From an uncultured Chloroflexia bacterium (lineage in GTDB: Bacteria; Chloroflexota; UBA6077; JACCZL01), in the NCBI GenBank assembly GCA_963765765.1, contig CAVXYC010000020.1, forward strand, positions 160,001 to 224,000: a DNA stretch of 64,000 bases. The letters are read 5' to 3'. Below are positions 18,833 to 30,176 of the stretch, in pieces. A model generated the notes under the pieces. That model ran no database searches. It had not been told where the DNA came from and saw nothing but the letters and a program-made list of their open reading frames with translations. Each line of letters starts with the position of its first letter. Position 1 is the stretch's first letter. The position numbers were made by a program, and so were the translations under genes.

Positions 18833-21050
18833 CTAGGTCGTGTTTGCGGAGCGGCTGTTGACCTCGCGAACAACATTGAACACGTCGCGGATGCCTTCGA
18901 TGCGGGAGAGAATGCGGCTCAGCGTCTGCAGTCCGCTCACCTCAACGGTGCACCAGACGGTGGCCGTCTGGTCCTTGTGAACCACTGCACTCAGGGCAGT
19001 GATGCTCAGCTTCTCGTCCGCCACCAGCGATGCCACGTCCCGTACGAGACCCTCACGGTCCCACGCTTCCACACGGATTGTCACGGGGAAGACTTGCTGA
19101 TCCGTTTTGCCCCAGTCCACGCGAACAAGGCGTTGCTTTTCGTCTTCAGAGACAACCGAGTGGCAGTCCGCGCGGTGGACGGTAACGCCCTTACCCCGAG
19201 TGATGAATCCGATGATCTCGTCGCCGGGAACCGGATTACAACAGCGAGCCAGTCGAGTAAGAAGGTCTCCCACTCCAAGGACACGAATTCCTCGCGCCGA
19301 CATGTCCGCCGGCGTGATGGGCTTCGAGAGCTGGATCTCCTCGGGCTCCGCCTCGCCAAAGTCGGTAGCAAGCTTCATTGAGACCTGATGCGGGTGGATG
19401 TCGCCGTAACCTACGGCCGCCAGGAAGTCGTCCAGCTTTTCATGCTTGAAGTGGGGCGGGATGTCTTCCAGCTTCATGTGCGTGAGCCCGAGGCGCTTGA
19501 GCTCCTTCTCCACCAGATCACGTCCGCGCGCGATGTTCTCCTCACGCTGCTGGCGCCGGAACCATTGGCGAATTTTCTCGCGCGCGTTGGCGGTGCTGAT
19601 GTAGCCGAGATTTGGATTCAGCCAGTCGCGGCTCGGGCCCCTTGATCCGCGCGCCGTGACGATCTCCACGATGTCGCCGTTCTGTAGACGGTAATCCAAA
19701 GAGACCATGCGCCCATTGACCTTGGCACCCACACACTTGTGGCCCACTTCAGTGTGAATGCGGTAGGCGAAATCGAGTGGCGTGGCGCCCGTGGGCAGCT
19801 CCTTGATCTCACTCTTAGGCGTAAAGACGTAAACCTGATCCTGGAATGCGTCGGACTTGAGCGACTCAACGAACTCTTGGGCGCCGCCAACAACATCCTT
19901 TTGCCAGTCCATCAACTGCCGCAGCCAGGCAACCTTAGCATCGAACTTCAGGTCAGCTTTCTTGCCTTCCTTGTACCGCCAGTGCGCGGCCACTCCGTAC
20001 TCAGCGATCTGATGCATCTCCTGAGTTCGGATCTGGATCTCCAGCGGACGACTATCAAGGCTCACTACGGTGGTGTGGAGCGACTGGTACAGGCTTTCCT
20101 TTGGGCTGGCGATGTAATCATCGAACTGGCCGGGCAACGGGTGCCAGAGTGCGTGAACGATGCCGAGGGCAGCATAACAATCGGCCACCGAGTCAACGAG
20201 AATGCGTACCGCCAGTAGATCGAAGATCTGGCTGAAATCTGCTCGCCTCGCCTGCATCTTTCGGGAGATGCTGTAGATGTGCTTGGCTCGTCCTGAAACT
20301 TCGGCCTTCAGTCCGTGTGCTTTCAGCTCGTCTTCCAGAACCTCTACGACCCGAGCAATGTGCTTCTCCCGCGACTGTCGGCGTGACTGAAGCTTGCTCG
20401 CAATCTCGCGATATTTTTCCGGCTCGAGATGCCGGAACGAGAGGTCCTCGAGCTGCCACTTCACCTGCCAGATTCCCAGGCGATTGGCAAGCGGCGCATA
20501 GATGTCCATTGTCTCCTGAGAGATCCGGCGTCTCTTTTCTACCCGGAAGAGCATCCAGAGTCTTCATGTTATGCAGGCGATCGGCCAGCTTGATGAGCAC
20601 CACGCGAATGTCCTCGGCCATAGCGAGGAACATCTTGCGCATGCTCTCCGCCCATATCGCCTGGTCATCTATCGGGCGACGGTCCGGCGCGTCCGCCTGC
20701 CACTCCATCTTCGAAAGCTTGGTTACGCCGTCAACCAGCTTGGCCACATCGGGCCCAAATCGAGTCTCTAGCTCCTGCACTTCCACGCCAACGTCCTCGA
20801 CAACGTCATGGAGGAGGGCCGCGCAAATGGAGTCAGCGTCCAGCCTTAGCTCGGCCAGGGTCTCCGCGGCAGCGAGAGGGTGGACGATGTACGGCTCACC
20901 GGACCGTCGAAGCTGTCCATCGTGGAGCTCCTCGGCATAAGCGTGGGCGCGCCGAATCGCCTCGAGATCAGCCGGCCCGAGATACTGGGCAGCCATCTTG
21001 AGGAGTCGGCTTGCCCCGAATGCTGCCGGGCTCGCGTTGGAGATGGTCAC
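18833..21050 (-). CDS. relA: Bifunctional (p)ppGpp synthetase/hydrolase RelA/SpoT (frameshift ~20545)
   Basis: RSGEPYIVHP, HD motif (LLHDVVED), KLADRLHNM, YQSLHT, EIQIRT, TGS (DFAYRIHTEVG) and a C-terminal ACT domain. Confidence 0.95.
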
Positions 21051-21113
21051 GAGTGCACCACCATAGACGTATGGCCAGCATTATACCTACGCACTCGCCC
21101 GTTCATTTCGCCC

Positions 21114-22668
21114 CTATGGATCTAAACGAAATAATCGGGTCGAATCTTCCGATTGCAGCTTCGCCGCCGAGCGTTCATCGATCGCCCGCCGTAGGTTGCG
21201 ATCGACGAGCTCGACCCACTGATAGGTCCGATCAGATCCGATCACCCACACGCGGCGCCCCAGAAGCTCGTCACGGAGCGCTCGATCCAGCTCGGACGGT
21301 GAGCGAATAAGCCTGGCGTTCGTATGGATATCGCGCGGCATGCCATCTGGCCTGTAGGTGTACTTCTCATAATCGTGACTGACTAGCCAGTAGTCGGCTC
21401 GTCCGAGATACGCCTGCATATTGGTTGGGATATCAGTCATTACGATGTCGCCAGGGTGGTAGCCCATCTCCTCGAGATCTGCGAGCCAGGTCCCGGAGAC
21501 TCGCGATACGTCCGTTCGCCGGGCGACATTTCCAAGATCGAGGTGAAGAAGTGGCACGCCAACGACCAGAACAGCGCTGAGCAGCAAACCTATTGAGCCT
21601 GGTAGCCGCGCGCGGATACGGGTTGCGATCTCAGCCAGGCCGACGGCAGCGAGCACCATCATCGGCGGCACAAGCGCCAGGCCGTAACGCTCCTGCGGGC
21701 GGTCCGGAAGAACAAAGGCATCCACCACGAACAGCGGAAGTATCGCTGCCAGCAGCAGCAGCCTGCGGGGTACGGGGCGGAATATGAGCGCAGCCACCGC
21801 TGCCAGAAGCAAGAGCCAGTAACGATCCGTAAGCATGCGGCCATAGAAGCGAAATGCAGCCAGGTCCGTGTTGAGGGTGAAGTACTCGTTCACCTCAGAC
21901 ATCCGGCCGGCAAGCGTGTCCACTCGATGCGTCAACGTAAAGCTCACCGTGACAGCGAGGCCGATGCCGATGATAAGAAGCGGCAGTCCCACCAGCTGAC
22001 GGAGGGCTGAGCCACTTCGCACCTCGCGGGAAAGCCAGAAGATGCTCAGTGCCCAGCAAGGTACTAGCGTTAGGAACAGCTCGTGTGTGAGCAGGCCGAT
22101 CGCGGTGGCCAACGCGGCGATGAGCAGGCCTCGTTTAGACCGCACAGCGAGAGCCGCGTCAAGCCCGGCCAGCGTCAAAGTCCAGAGCAGCACGAAGAGC
22201 GAAAAGAACCACGCCTGACGCGACCAGGCAATCAGGGGTGGATACAGTGCGACCAGCAAGGCCACGATGATGGCCGAAACGAGTCCACCCAGCCGCCCCG
22301 CGTGGATAGCAACGACAGGAATGGTGAGGGCGCCAAAGATCACGCTTGGCAAGCGCGCGGCAAAATCCGACTGCCCGAAGATGCTGAGGCTCGGCACCAT
22401 GCTAAGCGCCGCCGGGATTCCACGCGTATACACCTTGCCCGGAGGGGAGCAGCGGCCAGCCGTGCTCCTGTATTCCGCGCGCAACCAGCGCCAGTCGAGC
22501 CTCGTCGATGGAGAAGCTCACGGTTACGAGCGACAGATCTCGAAGACGAATCAGCAGGCCGACGAGTGTGAGTGCAAAGATCGCGGCGACGACGAGCGAT
22601 GTACGCCAGGATCGAATCGAGGCCAGCTCGATGGGGTGGGGTGCCTCGACGACTCTACTCGACATCAA
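21114..22668 (-). CDS. GT-C (ArnT/PMT family 39-like) membrane glycosyltransferase (frameshift ~22440)
   Basis: SIDEA acidic motif, ARLPSVIFG, WSRQA..F and multiple TM helices. Confidence 0.75.
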
Positions 22669-23341
22669 CGGGCGTGATCATGACCGGGGTTCGAGACGGT
22701 GCCACCATGAGTAAAGCCAGGCCAATAGCCAAAAAAAGGATCGATTGCAGGGCGAATCCGGCGATGACGATATTCGCCAACCACTGTGCACTGCTGATCG
22801 TCTGACTCAGCGCCCGACCTTCTGTCGCCGCTGAAACTCGGTCAGCAACCCCGTTTGCTTGACCTTCGAGCTCTCGCAGGTCGCGCTCGATATCGTTAAA
22901 GCTCTGCCGATTGGCATCCAGCGACTGCTCGGTACTGGTCAGGCTATCTGCGAGCATTGCGAGATTCTGACTCGAGCGCGCGACCGGATCGATGACGTCG
23001 GCAAACGGCCGAGAACCGAAAATCTCAAAGCTCAGGGCGTTGGTCAGAGCACGCATCGCTGTTGAGAGCTCCGAGGCACTTGCCGCGCCGGCTCGTATCG
23101 AAGCTTGCGCGCGCCCCAGACTCTCGGAACCAGCTGATGAGGCCTTTGCGGCACTCCCAATAGTCCGTCCGATCGTGCGAGCCATGTTGCTTGAATCAAC
23201 GGAGCTCGTGGCTTCCAACGTCGCTTGAGCATCGCCAAAGAGCTCGGAAGCCTGATGGGCGATCCAAATGCTCGCCGCGATTCCGACGACGCCGTATAGG
23301 AGTAAGAATCCTGCAATGAGCCGGAAGAATACCGGTCGCAT
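22655..23341 (-). CDS. Hypothetical membrane protein (two TMs flanking a coiled coil)
   Basis: Hydrophobic N- and C-terminal segments around an Ala/Ser-rich helical core. Confidence 0.65.
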   Translation of the reverse strand: MRPVFFRLIAGFLLLYGVVGIAASIWIAHQASELFGDAQATLEATSSVDSSNMARTIGRTIGSAAKASSAGSESLGRAQASIRAGAASASELSTAMRALTNALSFEIFGSRPFADVIDPVARSSQNLAMLADSLTSTEQSLDANRQSFNDIERDLRELEGQANGVADRVSAATEGRALSQTISSAQWLANIVIAGFALQSILFLAIGLALLMVAPSRTPVMITPVDVE

Positions 23342-23398
23342 AGATGCCCTGAAACAACAACGCGGCGCCTGGTGGCGCCGCGATCGATTCTCCGCTGA

Positions 23399-23473
23399 TG
23401 GTACCCCCGGCGGGACTCGAACCCACGCTTCCGGCTCCGGAGGCCGGCGCTCTATCCGCTGAGCTACGGGGGC
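23399..23473 (-). tRNA. tRNA-Arg(CCG)
   Basis: GCCCCCGTAGCTCAGCGGATAGAGCGCCGGCCT-CCG-GAGCCGGAAGCGTGGGTTCGAGTCCCGCCGGGGGTACCA: cloverleaf, GTTCGA T-loop and encoded CCA. Confidence 0.97.
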
Positions 23474-23629
23474 GAGCGTACGAGAGATTCTAGCGTCCGG
23501 CCCGGCGAAGGGCAACTACTGTTCCCTGGTCGGAGGCGGTCTCCACCGCTTCCTTCCGAAGGGAGCGACACCGGATCGGCTTGCCGCCTCGCGAGAAAGC
23601 AGCGACGACAGCGCCAGTCCAATGCGAGC

Positions 23630-24214
23630 TTAAGTACGACCTTCCAGCAGTCGCGCCACGTGCCTCATCCGCTGCCAGACGGTGATGAACGTCAGCAGAG
23701 CCAGTGCACCGATGGCGGGAAGTAGCAAATATTCATTGATAATGAGTCCCGCGCCGAGTAATACAACGCGCTCTGGGCGCTGAAACCAGCCAACATTGCA
23801 CTCGAGCCCGAGGCCCTCCGCCCTGGCTCGCGCGTAGCTGACTCCAAACGAGCCAATCAGTGCAAGAGTCGTCAAACACGCCTCCATCGGACGCGCCAGG
23901 CCCGCATAGAAATAGACCAGACCCGCGAGCACTGCCGCCTCGGCAAATCGGTCCAGCAGTGAGTCAAGAAACGCGCCGAACGGACGTACGGTGCCCGTTG
24001 ACCGAGCCACGGCTCCGTCGAACATGTCCAGGGCGCTGACTAGAAGAAATGCGAGGCCGGCGGCCGTGAGATAACCAAGTGCGATGACAATGCCGACGGC
24101 ACACGAACCGATGCAGCCAACAATAGTGATGGTATCCGCGCTGATTCCGGCTCGCACGAGCAGCGAGACTACAGGTGCAATGAGTTTCCCGGCTGGCGCT
24201 CGGAGATGCTCCAA
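23630..24214 (-). CDS. pgsA: CDP-alcohol phosphatidyltransferase (PI/PIP synthase-like)
   Basis: DMFDGAVAR...GAFLDSLLDR, SYARARAEGLG and RPER. Confidence 0.9.
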   Translation of the reverse strand: MEHLRAPAGKLIAPVVSLLVRAGISADTITIVGCIGSCAVGIVIALGYLTAAGLAFLLVSALDMFDGAVARSTGTVRPFGAFLDSLLDRFAEAAVLAGLVYFYAGLARPMEACLTTLALIGSFGVSYARARAEGLGLECNVGWFQRPERVVLLGAGLIINEYLLLPAIGALALLTFITVWQRMRHVARLLEGRT

Positions 24215-24226
24215 CGCGGTTGTTCC

Positions 24227-25429
24227 TTAGCGGCGGCCCAATAACTGCGCCACTTGCTCAGCGGTAGTGCCCGGGCCGCGTAGCCACGCTTTTGAGATTG
24301 GACTCAGCAGATCCGTCGCTTCGATCGTCTCCTGGTAGCAATCCAGGATTCGGTCGGTCACCGTGGACCAATCGTACTGACGCGCCTTCACGCGCCCAGC
24401 CTCGCCAAGCTTTCGTCGGAGCTCCTGATCCGCCAGTAGATGCGTGAGCCCTACGGCCAGCGCATGCGGATCCTTCGGCTCGACAAGCAGACCATCAGCG
24501 CCGTGCGATACGACTTCAGCATAACCGTCGATGTTCGTAGCCAGGATAGGACGCCCAGCAGCCATTGCTTCCAGCAGGACAATTCCAAAACTCTCGGCTC
24601 CAGTGGACGGTGCACAAAACACATCTGCCCGCTGGAAATAAGCGGGCAAGACAGCAGCCGGTACAAAACCTTTGAACTCCACTTCCGTCCAGCCTTGCTT
24701 CTGCACGAATGCCCGGTAGCTCTCGAGCGGACGGCCGTGTCCGACAACCACGAGTCGCGCTTTAGGGAACTCACGGCGCACATTGGCCCAGGCTCGCAGC
24801 AGGTAGCTTAGCCCTTTGCGCTTTTCCATTCGACCCACGAAGAGGACAACCGGGTCATCGCCCTGAAGCTCGGCTGGAATCGGAGCAGGCTCCGAGAACC
24901 GCGCCACTTCAATGCCGTTTGGGATGACGCGATAGTTGCCGGGAAAGTACTCGGCGACAAAGTCTCGCGCCGGCCTGGAGACGCCGATAAGCCCATGCAG
25001 CTTGGTGAAGAGAGGGCGAATCATCGGCTTTGCATAGAAATACGCTATGTTCGAACGCCTGAACGCGTGAAACGTGCCTACATTGACCGTGTGCGAATGA
25101 CGCAGCACGGTCAATGGTAGCGCGGGCATCATGGGCTCATGCAGATGTATGACGTCGAACCGTTCTTTGGCAAGCAGCCGTTTGACCTGCACGTATCCGC
25201 GCAGAGGCAGCGTGACACGCGCAACCGAGCCGTTCGTGGGTATCGGAATGACTCGTCCGATGGGATGCACGAACGGCGACAGCGACGCCGCGTCACGCGG
25301 GCCGGACATGGGTGCAATGATGTGCACTTCATGGCCACGATGGCGGAGCTCTTCGCTGAGGTGCGTCACATGCTCCGTGACCCCGCCCGGGTAGGCGAAG
25401 TCATAGGGTGACGCAAGCGCGATTTTCAC
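24227..25429 (-). CDS. GT4 glycosyltransferase, PimA-like phosphatidylinositol mannosyltransferase
   Basis: KIALASPYDFAYPGGVTEHV, NGSVAR, HLHEP, GTFH and GAESFGIVLLEAMAAG. Lies between an acyltransferase and pgsA. Confidence 0.85.
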   Translation of the reverse strand: MKIALASPYDFAYPGGVTEHVTHLSEELRHRGHEVHIIAPMSGPRDAASLSPFVHPIGRVIPIPTNGSVARVTLPLRGYVQVKRLLAKERFDVIHLHEPMMPALPLTVLRHSHTVNVGTFHAFRRSNIAYFYAKPMIRPLFTKLHGLIGVSRPARDFVAEYFPGNYRVIPNGIEVARFSEPAPIPAELQGDDPVVLFVGRMEKRKGLSYLLRAWANVRREFPKARLVVVGHGRPLESYRAFVQKQGWTEVEFKGFVPAAVLPAYFQRADVFCAPSTGAESFGIVLLEAMAAGRPILATNIDGYAEVVSHGADGLLVEPKDPHALAVGLTHLLADQELRRKLGEAGRVKARQYDWSTVTDRILDCYQETIEATDLLSPISKAWLRGPGTTAEQVAQLLGRR

Positions 25430-26321
25430 GTCGTTGTGTGCCTCAGCACCGCGGGGACTCCGAGAGGGCCGGTTCCAGACGGGCACAAAGAGCGTCCATT
25501 GCCCTGGTGCTTGACCGATATAGTACTCGAATCGTTCCACGATCCGAAGGGTGAGAGCCAGTATGTCCGACTCACGGTCACTTGATCTGGTGAAGTCGAT
25601 CGCCGGGTCAATGATGCCATGCACGCGCCCGTCGTCTCGCCTCAGTGTCAATGACGGACAAATGACCGCGCCAGTTGCAAGGGCGAGCGTCGCGGGTCCC
25701 ACGGAGAGCATCGCCGGTCTGACCGAAGAACGGAATGAGCGCGCCGTTCCCGGTCAGCTCGCGATCCAACATCAGTCCAAGTATGTTGTTTCCGCGCAGC
25801 TCTCGGATCAGTCGTCGCGCTATCGACGGCTCATTGAGCGGAATCATCTCCACGCCGTTCTTGGTCCGAAGTCTGGTGATCAGATCGTGAAGAGCAGGAG
25901 GCTCGATCGGCTCCACCACGACGCGTAATCCCCAGCCTCGCTCCGCGAGAGCCTGCGCCGCAAGTGACGGATTGCCAAGGTGCATGCCGGCAAGGATGAC
26001 GCCCCGACCGAGCGACAGAGCAGCTTCAAGATGCTCGACGCCTTCCACGGTGGCCCAACGCGGGAGTTCTTGGGCCGTAAGGCTCGGGATGACGAATGTT
26101 TCAAAGTAGGTTCGAGCTTGGCTGCGAAAAGCCTCGCGGACGACTGCATCAGGTGGTTGCCGACCGAGCACGTGTCGGAGATTCGCTCGTACAGCCTTCC
26201 GAGCCGAACGACCGAGGCGATACCCAATCTCCCCAGCGAAATCGCATAGCCCATATCCCACCGATTTCGGAAGGCGAGGTGCGATCCAGTTCACCAGGAC
26301 AAAGGCATAGTAGGTCAGCAA
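25430..26321 (-). CDS. Lysophospholipid acyltransferase family (PatA/HtrB-like; frameshift ~25715)
   Basis: GRGVILAGMHLGN, LMLDR, PFFG, GPATLALATGA and PGQW. Confidence 0.85.
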
Positions 26322-26473
26322 GATGTTGACGCTCGCGAGAGAGCACAAAATGGACAGAGGCAGGCGCCCACGACCTCGCGACACTCCACACACGGGATGG
26401 AGCGCCAATTCATGGTAGCCGCCCCCCAGGACTGACCCTTCCACCCCACAAGGTATGTGCTACCCTCGAGTCC

Positions 26474-27230
26474 ATGTGGGCTGAGCCGCGCTTCCCGGAG
26501 CTTGCTGAATGCCTCTGGTATCACACGATGGACCTGCCAGGGATCGGTATGGTCGATGGTAGTTGGGATCTCCGAGAGACTATTGATAACTATCTAGGAC
26601 GCGTCGACTTTGCAGGCAAACGTTGTCTAGACATAGGCACGGCAAGCGGATTCCTGACCTTTGAAATGGAGCGCAGAGGAGCAAGCGCCGTCGCATCCAT
26701 GGATCTTGATCCGACAACCCATGATTGGGACATTGTCCATTCGCGGATCCCAAATACGATCTCCCGACGGAGCTCGAAAAAGCAAGAATGCGCCTGACCG
26801 GGTTTCACAATGGCTACTGGTTAGCGCACCGTTTATTGAATTCTCGAGCCGAAGTCTACTACGGCACGGCCTACGATCTCCCGGAAGGGCTCGGACATTT
26901 CGATCTCGCCGTGGTTGGCATGATGCTGCCGCACCAGAGCGTCCGTTCCGAGTTCTGGAACAAGTGACTCGGTTTTCCGACGCGCTTCTCATCACCCAGC
27001 AAGCGCCTCAGCAACCAGGCGCGTGGGCGTATTGGATGCCTGATCCGAAGGCCCTTGGGCCCTTCGCAGCGTGGTGGTCCCTTTCTGACGACTGCCTCGA
27101 GCGGATGCTCAATGTTCTTGGATACGAGGTAGTGTCTCGCATTCGGGCGGAGCACAAGTGCGTAGCTCGGGGTGACCGTGAGATGTGTACGGCTACTGTC
27201 GCTGAGCGACGGATCCCACGCCGAGTTTGA
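26474..27230 (+). CDS. Class I SAM methyltransferase (CmoB/DUF1698-like; two frameshifts, ~26745 and ~26940)
   Basis: WYHTMDLPG, LDIGTASGFLTFEMERRGA and GHFDL. The gene is split over three overlapping ORFs. Confidence 0.8.
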
Positions 27231-27297
27231 CGCCTCGTTAGCTGCGTCCTGCGTTGTTCGCGATCGCATAGAGATGCATCCGAACATTTCGAGCAAC

Positions 27298-28197
27298 TTA
27301 AGATTGACCTGGAATTTTGTCACCCGAGCAGCACTCGATCCTATTGGATGGCCACATATCTCGAAACATAAACCACTGTTCCGGATATCGTCGAATCCAG
27401 CTTTCGAGCTGATCCATGAACTGTTGCGTAAGTGCCTGGATGTCAACTGAGCGGTCACCTGTTGGATTCGGCCGAATCAGCGGTCCGACGTGCGCCACGT
27501 AGTAGTTCGATTCTCGGACAATCACCGCCGTCACAACGCCGGCGCCCGTTCGAAGAGCCAGCGTGGCAGCGCCCGCTGGAACTCGTGTTTCCGCACCAAA
27601 GAACTGCACCCCAACGCCCTCATCAGTGAGAGGTCGGTCGATCAGAATCCCCAAAATCTCATTGCGGCGCAGGCAGCGCAGCATGTCCCGAGGTCCATCC
27701 TCGAGCGCCACCGGTTTAATGCCCAGGCGTCGACGAATCGCTTGAACGGCATCGTTCCACCGAGGCGGCTCCAGCGTGTCCACAACGGCATTCACCGGGT
27801 ATCCCATGGCTGCCAGCGTGGCACCCGCAAGGTCCCAATTGCCGACGTGCGCGGTGACGACGATGAGTCCCTTGCCGTCAATGAACGCCTGGTCGATGTT
27901 GTCGAGGCCGTAGGCCAGCACCTGGCGGCGAAGCGTGCGGGGTCGCAATGATGGAAGCCGCAACAGATCCACCATGTACTTTCCGTAGTTCACGAAGACT
28001 CGATCAACAACTCGCTGGGCCTCTTTGACACTGCCGGACGGCCCGAGCTGATGTTGCATGTTGCGCAGCGCATTTCGCCGCTGGCGACGATAGAACCGCA
28101 GTACGAGCGGGGTTAACCATTCGACAATTTGATAGGCAGCCGCGCGAGGAACGATGGAGGCAATTGCGCTCCCGATGCGATGAAACCAATAGATCAC
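27298..28197 (-). CDS. Lysophospholipid acyltransferase family (PatA/HtrB-like)
   Basis: GKGLIVVTAHVGNWD, LIDR, FFG, GAATLALRTGA and PEQWFMF. Confidence 0.9.
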   Translation of the reverse strand: MIYWFHRIGSAIASIVPRAAAYQIVEWLTPLVLRFYRRQRRNALRNMQHQLGPSGSVKEAQRVVDRVFVNYGKYMVDLLRLPSLRPRTLRRQVLAYGLDNIDQAFIDGKGLIVVTAHVGNWDLAGATLAAMGYPVNAVVDTLEPPRWNDAVQAIRRRLGIKPVALEDGPRDMLRCLRRNEILGILIDRPLTDEGVGVQFFGAETRVPAGAATLALRTGAGVVTAVIVRESNYYVAHVGPLIRPNPTGDRSVDIQALTQQFMDQLESWIRRYPEQWFMFRDMWPSNRIECCSGDKIPGQS

Positions 28198-28366
28198 GCG
28201 GCGAGGGTAGGCGGCTCAGGTGGCAGGTGTCAATTCTGGCCAGAGTTGTGGCGCCGTAATTCCTGGTACGCGCGGGGCGCAGGGGATGCTAAACCAAGGG
28301 CCGATGAACAGGTCTGGTAGAATTCGCCCGGACGACGACGTACTTCAGACAGTAAGAGATATATAC

Positions 28367-29481
28367 GTGGACGATATCCAGAACACCCTTCAAACACTCG
28401 CCGCCCGCACCTCTGACCTCATGGTGCGTCTTTGACTTCGCTGGAAAGCATCAACAATTAGCTCAGCTCGAAGATCAAACAGCCGACCCCGACCTCTGGA
28501 ATGATTCGGAGCGCGCCCAGGGGTTGATGCGGGAGCTCGCCGGCCTCCGTGGAGAGCTGGAGCCATGGCAGAGCCTACAGTCGGAATTGAATGATGCGCT
28601 CGAGCTGCTCGAAATGGCTGGCGATGAAAACGACCAATCGGTCATCGATGAGATCGCCGGACAGGCGGACCAGCTTTCTAAGCGACTCGATCAGCTCGAA
28701 TTCGAGTTGACGCTGTCCGGTCCGTACGATCGGCGCGATGCTCTTCTGGCAATCTACGCCGGTGCCGGCGGAGTTGACGCCCAGGACTGGGCCAGCATGC
28801 TTCTGCGCATGTATCTGCGCTGGGCAGAGCGGCATAAGCACAAAGTCGACGTGCTTGACATGACCGAGGGTGATGAGGCGGGCATCAAAGGCGCCACCGT
28901 TCAGGTCGCGGGTGCGCACGTTTACGGCTATCTACGCTCAGAGCGTGGCGTGCACCGACTCGTGCGCCTTTCGCCGTTCGATCAGGCGCATCGACGTCAC
29001 ACATCCTTCGCATCAGTTGAGATCATGCCAGTCGCCGATGACATGATTGAGATAGACATCCGTCCAGAAGACGTCAAGATGGACATGTTCCGCGCGGGTG
29101 GCCCGGGCGGTCAGAACGTCAACAAAGTCAGTACCGCGGTGCGTCTTACCCACGTCCCCACGGGAATCGTGGTGAGCTGCCAGACCGAGCGCTCACAGCT
29201 CCAGAACCGAGAGTCGGCCATGCGAATTCTTCGATCGCGGCTGCTCGAGCTGGAGATCGAAAAGCGCGAAAAAGAAGCCGCTGAGCTCAGGGGAGTGCAC
29301 GTGGATGCCGCGTTCGGCAATCAGATCCGGAGCTATGTGCTGCACCCCTACCGAATCGTCAAGGATGAGCGCACGGGCCATGAGACATCCGATACGGCCG
29401 GTGTGCTCGATGGTGAGCTGGACGAGTTCATGGAGAGCTATCTTGACCTGGCAGGTCGGCGCGAGCTCCGGAGCGCGATAA
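28367..29481 (+). CDS. prfB: Peptide chain release factor 2 with programmed +1 frameshift
   Basis: GTG 28367 ... CTT TGA C slippery site, [11 protein letters not shown] and GGQ motifs. The probable true end is [13 protein letters not shown] (TAA 29479-81) after an indel near 29440. Confidence 0.95.
28430..28436 (+). promoter_or_regulatory. prfB programmed +1 frameshift site CTTTGAC
   Basis: Canonical RF2 autoregulatory site at codon ~22. Confidence 0.93.
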
Positions 29482-30176
29482 TGAACGCAATGACTTCCAA
29501 TGATTCCGCGCCACTCGACTTGCGCGTCGCTGTTGTGGACTACGACGCGGGTAACCTGCTGAGTGTCACGAAAGCGCTCACCGCCGTTGGCGTGCAGGCC
29601 TACCTTGCACCAGACGCGGTGAGCGTGCTCTCTGGAGACGCGGTGATCCTGCCTGGCGTGGGGGCCGCGGGCGATGCCATGAGGGCGTTGCGAGAACGAA
29701 ACCTGGTTGAGCCAATCAGGGCGGCCGTAGCATCGGGCAAAGCATTCATGGGCGTCTGTCTCGGTCAGCAGCTTCTCTTCGACTCGAGCGATGAGGATGG
29801 CGGCGTAGAGTGCCTCGCTCTCCTGGCCGGCGGCTGTCACCGCTTTCCACCCGGTCTCAAAGTACCGCACATGGGATGGAACAGCGTGTCATTCCGATAC
29901 GACCATCCGCTGACGTCAGGAATTCCCGAGGGTGCTCAGTTCTATTTCGTGCATTCCTACTATGTGAAGCCTTCGGATCCTGGCGTCACACTTGGCGTCA
30001 CTGACTACAGCGTGGAGTTCTCGTCTATCGTGGCACGAGACAACGTGCTTGGCGTGCAGTTTCATCCGGAGAAGTCTTCGACGCATGGCTTGCGGCTGTA
30101 TCGCAACTTCGCGGCCTTCGCCGATTCGCTGAGATTCAATGCGCCACCGGTGGTCTCAGCTAGCCGCGATGTTTGA
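29481..30176 (+). CDS. hisH: Imidazole glycerol phosphate synthase, glutaminase subunit
   Basis: [32 protein letters not shown] and QFHPEKS. Confidence 0.96.
   Translation: MNAMTSNDSAPLDLRVAVVDYDAGNLLSVTKALTAVGVQAYLAPDAVSVLSGDAVILPGVGAAGDAMRALRERNLVEPIRAAVASGKAFMGVCLGQQLLFDSSDEDGGVECLALLAGGCHRFPPGLKVPHMGWNSVSFRYDHPLTSGIPEGAQFYFVHSYYVKPSDPGVTLGVTDYSVEFSSIVARDNVLGVQFHPEKSSTHGLRLYRNFAAFADSLRFNAPPVVSASRDV

Noticed and set aside
18833-21050. Split relA as separate hydrolase and synthetase genes, or as a pseudogene
   Set aside because: The break is a single indel with continuous homology on both sides, consistent with the window-wide error pattern.
28524-30176. Apparent 550-aa RF2-HisH fusion ORF
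   Set aside because: A one-base shift near 29440 gives a normal RF2 end (YLTWQVG...*) whose TAA overlaps the hisH ATG (TAATG). Most likely an indel artefact.
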